DNA of 37,506 nucleotides from a virus (Duplodnaviria; Heunggongvirae; Uroviricota; Caudoviricetes): IMG/VR virus record IMGVR_UViG_2802429245_000007; one strand, 5' to 3'. Shown piece by piece: positions 29,161 to 37,506 of this stretch (position 1 is its first letter; each line of letters starts with the position of its first letter). The notes under the pieces were generated by a model. It saw only the letters and a program-made list of their open reading frames with translations, ran no database searches and was not told where the DNA came from. The position numbers and the translations under genes were made by a program.

Positions 29161-29176
29161 CTGTTTATATTTACAG
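29161..29176 (-). promoter_or_regulatory. LexA (SOS) box CTGT-N8-ACAG
   Basis: cactgtttatatttacagta matches the LexA consensus taCTGTatatatataCAGta; lies about 45 bp upstream of the 62-aa gene, overlapping a plausible promoter. Confidence 0.6.
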
Positions 29177-29270
29177 TATATAATAATCTTACTGATGTAA
29201 AACGTTTTTTTACGCTCATCAGCCTGATATGCCTGGTATTATTAAGAGCACGAATTGTTAACCCGCGTAA

Positions 29271-31712
29271 TTAATACAGGTTCCGCCACTTGTCATCTTC
29301 CTGCAAACGCTGGTTCCGATAGAAGATACGCAGGCCTGCTCCTGACGGAATACTGCCGCCGCGAAGGAGTAAATCGACCTCTTTCTCGCTGCCATCAAAT
29401 CCTCTGGACCTCAGTTCATAGACGAGCTGCTGTCGCTGATGGTCTGTAATTCGCTGTTTGTAGTCTTTACGCCGTTTCGGTTTCACCTGGCGTAACCTTG
29501 CAGCCAGTTCCCGGCGCTCTTTTTTGCTCATACTGTGCAGGTAATCGTGCAACTCCTTGTCATTCATACGGGTAATATCCGTTCTGGAGTCCCCATCAGC
29601 TGATTTGTCTTTCCCTTGTTGGTTCAAATTTTCAGCAAGGGGACAGTTATTGCCACGAGTCCAAGGGGCGCAAGCGCCCTGGTCGGCTGCCGCCTCCTGA
29701 ACGTCAACGGCCTTACGAACCATTTTCCACTTCACGGCATGAGTGCAGATCTTGCCCTCTGCAATGGGTGACCAGATGCCATAAATACGAATGCCGTGAT
29801 CGCCATAGGCGGTCGGCTCTTCGTTAATTTCATAAGCGGTTCTGATGAGGTGATATTTGCGGGGAACCAGTACGCCGCCCTGCTTCATGATGTAGGTGGC
29901 AAAACAACCAGCATCAGCAGCAGCCAGGATGGCATCAAGGCGCGGGTTATCCAGTACCGGCGCACCTGCTTTTTTGTCGCCCTGTTGCCTTGCCGCCTGA
30001 CCAGCCAGCAATCGCAGTTCACGGTAAGCCTGACGCCCCGGAATGCCAAAGAAGCGGAATTGCTGAACACGATGCAGAGACGCCCAGGCATTAACGTATT
30101 CAGCGTTATCACGCAGGGATTTACCCGTTTCCTTGCTGATCTCGCCAGCCAGACCACGCCCGTCAATGTTCTTACTGATGTATTTCGCGATGTAGCTTGT
30201 TGGCGTACCTTTGCGCGGGTTTATCAGCTCAGACTTAAAGCGTGGTCCCGTGTTATTACCCAGCTCCTCGCGGTCTTCACGAATGGCAAACTTACGCAAC
30301 AAAGCAGTAATGGCGCGGCGATCTTTTTTGCGCATAAAACACAACAGGTGCCAGTGAACTGTACCGTCATGATGCGGCTCAGCCACCCGCACGCCATACC
30401 AGCGCAATCCGGCTTTGTGCATCGCCTTACGAAATGCAGCAAACATGCCGACCAGATAATCACTGCTTTGTCTTACCGTCGCATTTGTCCAGGTCGGGTT
30501 GGGCCTGCCGTTATTTAGCGTGGAATGGAAACGTGACGGACAGGTGATGGTGTAGAAAACGGCGCAGTCACTGCGCATTTCCGCGATAAGCTCCAGACCT
30601 TTAACACAGGCCATCATCTCATTGCGGCGATGCGCCGGGTTGCTGCTGCTGGCGTTTACCACATCTTCCATATCCAGCGTGTCGCCGTTTTCGTTCACCA
30701 GTTCATGAGAACGGAAAAACTCCAGCGACTTACGGCGCTGCTCACGTTTATGCATCACGGCTTCATAGCTGACATAGGGAGATGCTTTTTTGCTGACCAG
30801 GCAGACAGCACGCAACTGCTCTTCCCGCCATTCGCAGCGCATCTTCCATAATTTCCGATACCACCAGTCGGCACACAACATACGCGCCAGCGAACCCGGA
30901 ATGAGTTCATAGGGCACGGGTTTGCGACGCTTTCTTTTCCGACGAAGTTGCTCAAACGCAGGCGGGATAACATCCAGTCGCAGGGTTTCCGCTGCCACCT
31001 TTTCCCATGTCTTGCGGATTTCTTCTGGCTTAACATCATCGGTGGCGTACAAATCACCACAAGCGGCATCAAGGCACATGCTCATATGCGCAGCTACCAG
31101 GGTGGACAGGCGTTTCACCTGATCCTGACTCATTTCAGGCAGGATCAGCAGGCCGTCCAGCCCTTCATGGCTCGCCATAAAGCGAAAAGAAGTGGATAGC
31201 TGACTGTCGCGTACATGCTCCAGCCGTTCCAGACATGGCTTAATCGTCTCACGCAAATAGCGGGAATAAGCCTTTGGCCTGCCCAGGCTGCTGAAGTATT
31301 CAATACGTTGCATCAGCGGCTTGCTGATATGGGAAGGCTGGGCGTTAACGTCCGCCAGAATGACCATGTCCGGATTAAAACGCTGCTGCTCATGCGCCAG
31401 CTTTGCCCGGCTAATGAGCTTATCCTGCTCCATTTCGCGTTGGACAGGATCACGGGATTCATTAAAGAAATAACGCTCCCAGACCTGATCACTCAGTGCC
31501 TCGCGGCGCACTTGTTCCTGCTCGTTATCGGCAGCGTACAGAGTGATCAGGTTTGAAAGCGCAGAAACCGGCGCAACTTCCGCCGGGTCCAGATAAGGGT
31601 TAATGGCTTTCTTAGGTAAATTCCACGAATAACCCCCGGCAGAATTCTCAATGCTACCGGAAGTTACACTGACAAATGGATCGGCAAGACGGCCTGTGCT
31701 GATCTCTGTCAC
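29271..31712 (-). CDS. A: replication initiation protein A (rolling-circle endonuclease)
   Basis: 813-aa ORF at the end of the early operon; P2 gpA-like size and position. Confidence 0.8.
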   Translation of the reverse strand: MTEISTGRLADPFVSVTSGSIENSAGGYSWNLPKKAINPYLDPAEVAPVSALSNLITLYAADNEQEQVRREALSDQVWERYFFNESRDPVQREMEQDKLISRAKLAHEQQRFNPDMVILADVNAQPSHISKPLMQRIEYFSSLGRPKAYSRYLRETIKPCLERLEHVRDSQLSTSFRFMASHEGLDGLLILPEMSQDQVKRLSTLVAAHMSMCLDAACGDLYATDDVKPEEIRKTWEKVAAETLRLDVIPPAFEQLRRKRKRRKPVPYELIPGSLARMLCADWWYRKLWKMRCEWREEQLRAVCLVSKKASPYVSYEAVMHKREQRRKSLEFFRSHELVNENGDTLDMEDVVNASSSNPAHRRNEMMACVKGLELIAEMRSDCAVFYTITCPSRFHSTLNNGRPNPTWTNATVRQSSDYLVGMFAAFRKAMHKAGLRWYGVRVAEPHHDGTVHWHLLCFMRKKDRRAITALLRKFAIREDREELGNNTGPRFKSELINPRKGTPTSYIAKYISKNIDGRGLAGEISKETGKSLRDNAEYVNAWASLHRVQQFRFFGIPGRQAYRELRLLAGQAARQQGDKKAGAPVLDNPRLDAILAAADAGCFATYIMKQGGVLVPRKYHLIRTAYEINEEPTAYGDHGIRIYGIWSPIAEGKICTHAVKWKMVRKAVDVQEAAADQGACAPWTRGNNCPLAENLNQQGKDKSADGDSRTDITRMNDKELHDYLHSMSKKERRELAARLRQVKPKRRKDYKQRITDHQRQQLVYELRSRGFDGSEKEVDLLLRGGSIPSGAGLRIFYRNQRLQEDDKWRNLY

Positions 31713-32719
31713 TCACAGACTCCTGCATATACACTGCTGCACACCGCTTTATCATTCATGCCTGCCAGCAGGTCAAACTGCATACCGCCCCGAGTCGTTA
31801 AGGCCCAGTCCCGATAAGTTTCAATGCCATAAGCATCAACAGTTATGACTTCGATCCGTTTTTCATCACGGCGCGGATCATGCGTGGATGGAAAGAACGT
31901 TGAATTGCCACGTCTTGAACATTCCGCAACCAGTCTTTCCCACTCAGCCACTCGGCGGATTTCTTCTGGCCAGCGTTGGAAAATCTCAGCAAGTTCTGAC
32001 TTGCGAGCATGAATACATGGCATACAACCGACACGACTGCATCCCTGCATATAAAGGGGGTTAGGCTTAATGCCATGACGTTTGGCAATAGCAAACACAT
32101 CCTCATGCAGCCAATTAAGGATCGGACGATAAACATGCAGGCCCAGAGTATTGTCTGCATCGTCCTCCCACTCAGGCAACAATGCACGTTCCGGTGATTC
32201 CTGCCCCCGGACTCCTTGCCAGCTGATTACCTCATCGTATTCATCCAGAGCCGGATCGATTACCTGTGTACGTATTGGTTCATGTTTCAGTTCAAAAGTG
32301 CAGAAACGAGCTTTTGTTGAAGGGAAGCGACCTTTCCACATGCACAAATCAAGAAACGGAACGCCGGTTGGTTTAAGGATTTCCAGTGCCCGGTAAATAC
32401 GTTCCTCAGCCTCATCTGTCGACATACCACATTCCTCAACGAGAGAAATGGGCCACTTTTCCGCAATGAATTTACGTTTCCCTTCTATCTGGCGTGTGAA
32501 ATCCGCTTTGACGCGAATAATCTTGCCCAGCTTTGATTCCAGATAATCCAGATATTCTATTGTCTGTGGATGTTCATGACCCGTATCGGCAAATACAGAA
32601 ATATGCGGAACATCGTTTTCAATGGCTCTTAACCATTGAGCGAGACTATCTTTGCCACCAGAAGTAGTGATGATGTTAATGGTGCTTGAGGCAAAGCAAC
32701 GCGGATCGATAGCATTCAT
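31709..32719 (-). CDS. PAPS reductase-like / PP-loop family protein
   Basis: 336-aa ORF with N-terminal nucleotide-binding stretch [12 protein letters not shown]; 4-nt overlaps with Dam upstream and A downstream. Confidence 0.65.
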   Translation of the reverse strand: MNAIDPRCFASSTINIITTSGGKDSLAQWLRAIENDVPHISVFADTGHEHPQTIEYLDYLESKLGKIIRVKADFTRQIEGKRKFIAEKWPISLVEECGMSTDEAEERIYRALEILKPTGVPFLDLCMWKGRFPSTKARFCTFELKHEPIRTQVIDPALDEYDEVISWQGVRGQESPERALLPEWEDDADNTLGLHVYRPILNWLHEDVFAIAKRHGIKPNPLYMQGCSRVGCMPCIHARKSELAEIFQRWPEEIRRVAEWERLVAECSRRGNSTFFPSTHDPRRDEKRIEVITVDAYGIETYRDWALTTRGGMQFDLLAGMNDKAVCSSVYAGVCE

Positions 32720-33564
32720 GCGCGTACCTCAACGGTACGGTCAGAGCCGCTGGCAAAATCGACACCAAACCACCCAGCTGATTTGGTGGCAATGATTTCT
32801 GTTGCAGATTTACTCTCGCCAGCTGACACGCCAATGCTGCGTTTTGACTTGATGTAGTGGTGAGTGAAATTGCGATACAGCGAACGGATCAGGGATGTGT
32901 CACTGTTAGAAACAATGACCGGATGACCTTCAGATGATCGATGTTCAAGAACGGATGCCAGGTGATACTGGTCATCTTCAGTGAAGCCATCAGTGTGATA
33001 GCCGGAAAACGTACCGTCATAAGGCGGATCGCAATACACCACATCCCCCACCTTCAACATCGCCAGCGTTTCATCAAAGCTGGCGCAGATAAACGTTGCC
33101 TGCTGGGCTTTCTCTGCAAATGCGCGAATTTCTTTTTCAGGGAAATACGGATTTTTATAATTACCGTAGGGAATGTTGAAATACCCGCTCTTGTTATAGC
33201 GACATAACCCACGGTAACCATGACGATTGAGATACAGAAAATATACCGCTTTCATGAAATCAGTAATTTCAGTGGAGTAATTAAACTCCTGCCTTATGTT
33301 GTAATAAGCCACCTCCCTGTTTGCTTCCTCAAATAAAGCTCTGGCACGAGATATAAACGCCTCACAATCAGCAGCAACCTTTTTATAGAGGTTGATTAAA
33401 TCAGGATTAATATCCGCAACAAGATAGCTGGGGTAATCCGTCTCCATCATCACTGCACAGGAACCCGCGAAAGGTTCAACCAGTCGCGGGCCAGCAGGAA
33501 GATGCTTTTTCAGTTCGGACATTATGGCGGTTTTATTTCCCGCCCATTTCAGGATGGTGCTCAT
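32716..33564 (-). CDS. DNA adenine methyltransferase (Dam-like, D12 class N6-MTase)
   Basis: KWAGNK N-terminal motif and DPPY catalytic motif ([10 protein letters not shown]); start at internal ATG 33564 forms an ATGA overlap with the upstream gene. Confidence 0.8.
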   Translation of the reverse strand: MSTILKWAGNKTAIMSELKKHLPAGPRLVEPFAGSCAVMMETDYPSYLVADINPDLINLYKKVAADCEAFISRARALFEEANREVAYYNIRQEFNYSTEITDFMKAVYFLYLNRHGYRGLCRYNKSGYFNIPYGNYKNPYFPEKEIRAFAEKAQQATFICASFDETLAMLKVGDVVYCDPPYDGTFSGYHTDGFTEDDQYHLASVLEHRSSEGHPVIVSNSDTSLIRSLYRNFTHHYIKSKRSIGVSAGESKSATEIIATKSAGWFGVDFASGSDRTVEVRA

Positions 33565-33788
33565 ACAGCACCTCCGTTGTAATGTTTGCCTTTCAGCTCT
33601 GCGATTTCCTGACAGGTAATGCAAAGCTGCACACCCGGAATGGCACGACGGCGTGCTGGCGGAATTGGCGCTTCACACTCAACGCAAAGCACGCGGGACA
33701 CGCCCGGCGTTTTGGCACGGGCAGCACGGATATGACGTTGGCGTTCTTCTTCAACTCGCTGCTGGACGAGATCCATTGCATCAGCCAT
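33561..33788 (-). CDS. TraR/DksA-family C4 zinc-finger protein
   Basis: 75-aa ORF with CVECEAPIP...CITCQ four-Cys motif. Confidence 0.7.
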   Translation of the reverse strand: MADAMDLVQQRVEEERQRHIRAARAKTPGVSRVLCVECEAPIPPARRRAIPGVQLCITCQEIAELKGKHYNGGAV

Positions 33789-34027
33789 CAGTGGATCTCC
33801 TGCGCTTCGTTCTGGATTGCTTCAGCAGTCACACGCAGCAGTTCTGCCGCTTCGACGTGGTTTAACTGGCGGGATGTGATATGACACGCCAGGCGATCAA
33901 GGCGAGCTGCCATTGCTTCAGCCCTTGCCCGGCGTTCTTCCAGACGAGCCTCTGTCAGTAAAATATTAAGCCCTGCGTCATCCGGTCCGGTTTTAGTCGT
34001 GAGGGTATCAATATTACGCATAATCAA
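33788..34027 (-). CDS. hypothetical early-region protein
   Basis: 79-aa ORF translationally coupled (1-nt overlap) to the TraR-like gene. Confidence 0.45.
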   Translation of the reverse strand: MIMRNIDTLTTKTGPDDAGLNILLTEARLEERRARAEAMAARLDRLACHITSRQLNHVEAAELLRVTAEAIQNEAQEIH

Positions 34028-34088
34028 TTCTCCTGAATTTAGATAAAGGGATGCCCGGCGGGTTTACGCCATTAATTTCATTAGTTGG

Positions 34089-34430
34089 TTAATTCGGCAT
34101 GGTTAGCCGTCTGGGAAATAAGCTCACCACTGCACGAAAATGATTCATTGCTTTAATCAGCTCCCGCTTTTCGTCAGTGGTCAGCTCATTAATGCTGATG
34201 CTATGACGTTCAGCTGGAATTTTTGCCATAAAGAATATGGCAGCCAGTGCCCGTTTATTTTGTTCATTATTGATATCCCGTGGATCACGCATATCTTTAA
34301 TAAACCGCTCAAGCTCTGACTCAATATTCAGGCCAAAAACTTTCGCCCTTAACTCCGCAATGTGATTAAGTCCATTCAGGCGTTCACCGGGGCTTAATGG
34401 AACAGTCGCCGCAGCGCCTTCAATAGCCAT
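34089..34430 (-). CDS. hypothetical early-region protein
   Basis: 113-aa ORF in early operon between cII and the replication module. Confidence 0.45.
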   Translation of the reverse strand: MAIEGAAATVPLSPGERLNGLNHIAELRAKVFGLNIESELERFIKDMRDPRDINNEQNKRALAAIFFMAKIPAERHSISINELTTDEKRELIKAMNHFRAVVSLFPRRLTMPN

Positions 34431-34594
34431 TGGTTCCCCCGTTTTTTCGTTGATAGTTCTGCCAGCAATTCATCTTGTGAACGGCACGGATGCCAGCGTT
34501 TACCATCCTCACCCATGATCCAGCCGTGACCGTAGTGCATTGCCGGACTTTGTTTTACCAGCAGCGATGCAAATGATGGTTCTTTCGTCAGCAT
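34394..34594 (-). CDS. hypothetical small early protein
   Basis: ORF 34394..34624; internal Met start avoids overlap with cII. Confidence 0.35.
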   Translation of the reverse strand: MLTKEPSFASLLVKQSPAMHYGHGWIMGEDGKRWHPCRSQDELLAELSTKKRGNQWLLKALRRLFH

Positions 34595-34601
34595 AAGCAC
34601 C

Positions 34602-35117
34602 TCACAGCAAACCGAATGAAGCACCGAGGCCAGTCACGGTATCAACTGCACTCGCCATCGCAGGATTAGCCTGTAAACGGGCCTGCAATGAAACAGCAGC
34701 CAGCGCCATCAGTCGTGTAACAGAGTTAATGCTGCTGATCGCATCACGACGGCCTGCACTGGTTTTTACATCGCCAGAAACCGCACCTGCCGCGACACGC
34801 CCTATCTCTGCAGTTGCACTCATGACGTAATGCGGCAGTTTCTCTTTTGCCACCTCATTAATCGGTACACATGGCAGGCAGTGAATCTGTGCCAGAAAGC
34901 CATCTACCAGCGTTGAATCTTCAGTCAGATCGGTAAGCAACCAGATTTCTGGTGCGGTTAATAAATGAGGTTGAGCTGGGTTCAGCTTGTTCCGCAGAAT
35001 CTGCACATTCATGCCTGCACGTTCTGCCAGTTGCACTAGGTTGTGGCGCAATGCGAATGCACGACAGGCTTCATCAAAATGTGGATGTTTGGAAACTTGG
35101 TAATCAAACATGGTCAA
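34602..35117 (-). CDS. cII: CII-like transcriptional regulator (186-type)
   Basis: 171-aa ORF; sequence ([19 protein letters not shown]...NPAQPH...[25 protein letters not shown]) strongly resembles phage 186 CII as I recall it. Confidence 0.75.
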   Translation of the reverse strand: MTMFDYQVSKHPHFDEACRAFALRHNLVQLAERAGMNVQILRNKLNPAQPHLLTAPEIWLLTDLTEDSTLVDGFLAQIHCLPCVPINEVAKEKLPHYVMSATAEIGRVAAGAVSGDVKTSAGRRDAISSINSVTRLMALAAVSLQARLQANPAMASAVDTVTGLGASFGLL

Positions 35118-35143
35118 TGCCTCTGATGTATTTCAGAATCGAA

Positions 35144-35365
35144 CTAATTAAGGTTTAGATTGCATTCTGAAAGCGCATCAACGGTCATGGCTGCTATGTT
35201 GATCATCACTTTTTCACGTTTTTTATCTTTGCGCAGACGGTGACGGATAAGGCGTCCGTCAGCCAACATGTCATTGATGGTATCGATGGACAGCCCTGTC
35301 AGCTCGCTATAGCGTTCAATAGTCACATGAGGCGTGGTAAGAGTGATTGAAATGTTAGGTCTCAT
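35144..35365 (-). CDS. apl: Apl/Cox-like excisionase-repressor
   Basis: 73-aa ORF, first gene of the lytic operon, divergent from the repressor gene. Confidence 0.5.
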   Translation of the reverse strand: MRPNISITLTTPHVTIERYSELTGLSIDTINDMLADGRLIRHRLRKDKKREKVMINIAAMTVDALSECNLNLN

Positions 35366-35490
35366 GATGCAACATTCCTCGTTTAATGATGATTAATCAG
35401 GACGAATACGGATCGTTTGTATTTTGTGAACACCATAAACATACGATCGCACAATGAAATCGTCAAGATAAAAGTTCACTTGGAGTGACC
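35366..35490. promoter_or_regulatory. lysis-lysogeny switch region (divergent promoters) with 10-bp perfect palindrome TGATTAATCA at 35390-35399
   Basis: Intergenic region between divergent apl and cI; perfect palindrome about 25 bp upstream of apl start. Confidence 0.4.
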
Positions 35491-36060
35491 ATGAATTTGG
35501 AGAAAGGCGGACGAGGCGCTATAGAGCGCATGGTAGAAGCTTATGGATTCAAAACTCGACAGGCGTTGTGCGATCATTTAGGAATCTCTAAAAGTACACT
35601 CGCCACACGCTACATGCGTGACTCATTCCCAGCAGAATGGGTAATCCAGTGCGCCCTTGAAACGGGCACCTCGCTTAATTGGCTCACAACCGGACATGGT
35701 TCAAAGCAAACTTCAGGTAATACAAATACTATGGAAGTTGCTAAATATGTATTATCTGATGGTGCCTTGCGTGAAGACGGTTTTTATATTTTTGATAAGG
35801 GATTTCTACCCTCTACGTTTAAAAAACCTTTTGTCATCACAGATAACAATTCTAAATTTATTTGTGATAAAGAATTTGATGATATACGTGACGGTAAATG
35901 GGTAATAAGTATTGATGGCGAAATAACAATCCGCGACATTACTCGTTTACCCGGTGGAAGAATCTTCGTTGAAGGTGGAAACAGAGCCTTCGAGTGCAAG
36001 ATAGAAGATGTTGAAATAATTGGGAAAATTATAAGTTTAACAATTAAGTACGTTAAGTAA
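35491..36060 (+). CDS. cI: CI-type immunity repressor (186-like)
   Basis: ORF 35485..36060; ATG at 35491 with GGAG 5 nt upstream; N-terminal HTH region (AYGFKTRQALCDHLGISKSTLATRYMR) and C-terminal domain as in 186 CI. Confidence 0.7.
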   Translation: MNLEKGGRGAIERMVEAYGFKTRQALCDHLGISKSTLATRYMRDSFPAEWVIQCALETGTSLNWLTTGHGSKQTSGNTNTMEVAKYVLSDGALREDGFYIFDKGFLPSTFKKPFVITDNNSKFICDKEFDDIRDGKWVISIDGEITIRDITRLPGGRIFVEGGNRAFECKIEDVEIIGKIISLTIKYVK

Positions 36061-36075
36061 TACCGGGAGGAAACT

Positions 36076-36267
36076 ATGCTTGGTAAGGTATTTTTTGTGG
36101 TTTTATCATGCTCTTTGTTATTAAACCCACTAACTACCTATGCTAAAAATTATCCTTGTTCTGGGAAAAAGGGAGGTGTCTCTCACTGTACCTCCGATGG
36201 AAAGTTCGTTTGCAATGATGGAACTATTAGTAAATCAAAAAAAATCTGTACTAAAAACTCGCGATAA
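36076..36267 (+). CDS. small secreted cysteine-rich protein (lysogeny-expressed cargo candidate)
   Basis: 63-aa ORF with strong RBS GGGAGG 5 nt upstream; N-terminal signal peptide ([19 protein letters not shown]); mature part approximately 40 aa with 4 Cys; AT-rich. Confidence 0.55.
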   Translation: MLGKVFFVVLSCSLLLNPLTTYAKNYPCSGKKGGVSHCTSDGKFVCNDGTISKSKKICTKNSR

Positions 36268-36453
36268 ATTTTGCTTTTATATCTGCGCCTAATATAACAA
36301 TGAGCCGCAGGCTAACCGCAAAAGTCACATACTCACATAGCAAAAAATAGCCAACTTCATTATGGCTTCAGTGAGATGTATGGTCGCAGGATTTCATACA
36401 TTGACACTGGTTATACATACAGTAAAAATGCTCTCTATTGGAGGGCATTTTTT

Positions 36454-37506
36454 ATGGCAGTACGAAAACTCACCACAGGAAAATGGCTTTGCGAATGTTA
36501 CCCCGCCGGACGTAGTGGGCGTCGTGTGCGTAAACAATTCGCCACCAAAGGCGAAGCTCTGGCTTTTGAGCGCCATACGATGGAAGAAACCGAAGCAAAG
36601 CCCTGGCTGGGAGAATCAGTGGATCGTCGAACACTGAAAGACGTGGTTGAGCTATGGTTCAAACTACATGGTAAATCTCTAACCGCTGGGCAGCATGTCT
36701 ATGACAAATTGCTGTTGATGGTTGACGCTCTGGGCAATCCCCTTGCAACCGATCTCACCTCTAAAATGTTTGCCCACTATCGAGATAAACGCCTGACAGG
36801 TGAGATCTACTTCAGCGAGAAATGGAAGAAAGGAGCAAGCCCGGTCACCATTAACCTGGAGCAAAGCTATCTAAGTAGTGTTTTTAGCGAACTATCCCGC
36901 CTGGGCGAATGGTCGTATCCAAACCCACTGGAGAACATGCGAAAATTCACCATCGCAGAAAAAGAGATGGCATGGCTTACCCATGAGCAGATTGTTGAAC
37001 TGCTGGCTGATTGCAAACGTCAGGACCCAATTCTGGCACTGGTAGTCAAGATATGCTTAAGCACAGGCGCACGCTGGCGAGAAGCAATAAACCTTACCCG
37101 ATCACAGGTGACTAAATACCGAATTACCTTTGTAAGAACGAAGGGGAAGAAAAACAGAAGCATCCCTATCAGTAAAGAGCTTTATGAAGAGATCATGGCG
37201 CTTGATGGGTTCAATTTCTTCACAGACTGCTATTTTCAATTTTTATCCGTGATGGAAAAAACGTCAATCGTGCTCCCTCGCGGTCAACTGACACACGTTC
37301 TGCGCCATACGTTTGCGGCGCATTTCATGATGTCGGGTGGAAATATCCTTGCTTTGCAAAAAATCCTCGGACATCACGATATAAAAATGACTATGCGTTA
37401 CGCTCATCTGGCACCGGATCATCTGGAAACGGCGCTCCGTTTCAATCCTCTGGCAACGCTGCCAAGTGGCGACAAAGTGGCGGCAGCGGTTGGCATTACC
37501 CCGTAA
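36454..37506 (+). CDS. int: tyrosine integrase (P2/186 family)
   Basis: ORF 36376..37506; start at ATG 36454 with GGAGGG upstream (MAVRKLTTGKWLCECYP...); C-terminal catalytic motif HVLRHTFA...MRYAHLAPD; stop at window end. Confidence 0.85.
   Translation: MAVRKLTTGKWLCECYPAGRSGRRVRKQFATKGEALAFERHTMEETEAKPWLGESVDRRTLKDVVELWFKLHGKSLTAGQHVYDKLLLMVDALGNPLATDLTSKMFAHYRDKRLTGEIYFSEKWKKGASPVTINLEQSYLSSVFSELSRLGEWSYPNPLENMRKFTIAEKEMAWLTHEQIVELLADCKRQDPILALVVKICLSTGARWREAINLTRSQVTKYRITFVRTKGKKNRSIPISKELYEEIMALDGFNFFTDCYFQFLSVMEKTSIVLPRGQLTHVLRHTFAAHFMMSGGNILALQKILGHHDIKMTMRYAHLAPDHLETALRFNPLATLPSGDKVAAAVGITP

Noticed and set aside
36376..36453. Upstream 26-codon extension of the integrase ORF
   Set aside because: The ATG at 36454 has a well-spaced GGAGGG and yields the conserved integrase N-terminus; the extension has no RBS
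1..37506. CRISPR arrays, rRNA/tRNA genes, IS elements or transposases
   Set aside because: No regularly spaced direct repeats, no tRNA-like or rRNA-like sequence, and no transposase-like ORF recognised by eye anywhere in the window

Overview
The window holds three E. coli-type host genes (grxA, ybjM, ybjL; 1-2622) followed by an apparently complete P2/186-family prophage running from about 2.8 kb to the window end, where the integrase gene terminates. Gene calls use P2 nomenclature; the lysogeny module (CI repressor, Apl, CII) looks 186-like. Prophage order left to right: ogr, D, U, T, E/E', FII, FI, [acyltransferase cargo], G, H, I, J, W, V, [584-aa cargo], S, R, lysC/lysB, endolysin, holin, X, L, M, N, O, P, Q, [RES-domain cargo], cos-like site, [389-aa cargo], [62-aa gene with LexA box], A, PAPS-reductase-like, Dam methylase, TraR/DksA, small early ORFs, cII, apl, cI, [small secreted protein], int. 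The most interesting content is the cargo inserted at recognised P2-family variable loci: two proteins carrying HEPN-type R-N-x3-H motifs, a RES-domain protein, and an apparently SOS-controlled two-gene module next to cos. All calls rest on reading the supplied ORF translations, motifs and gene order; no database search, alignment or composition calculation was run, and motif coordinates read off the sequence may be off by 1-2 nt.
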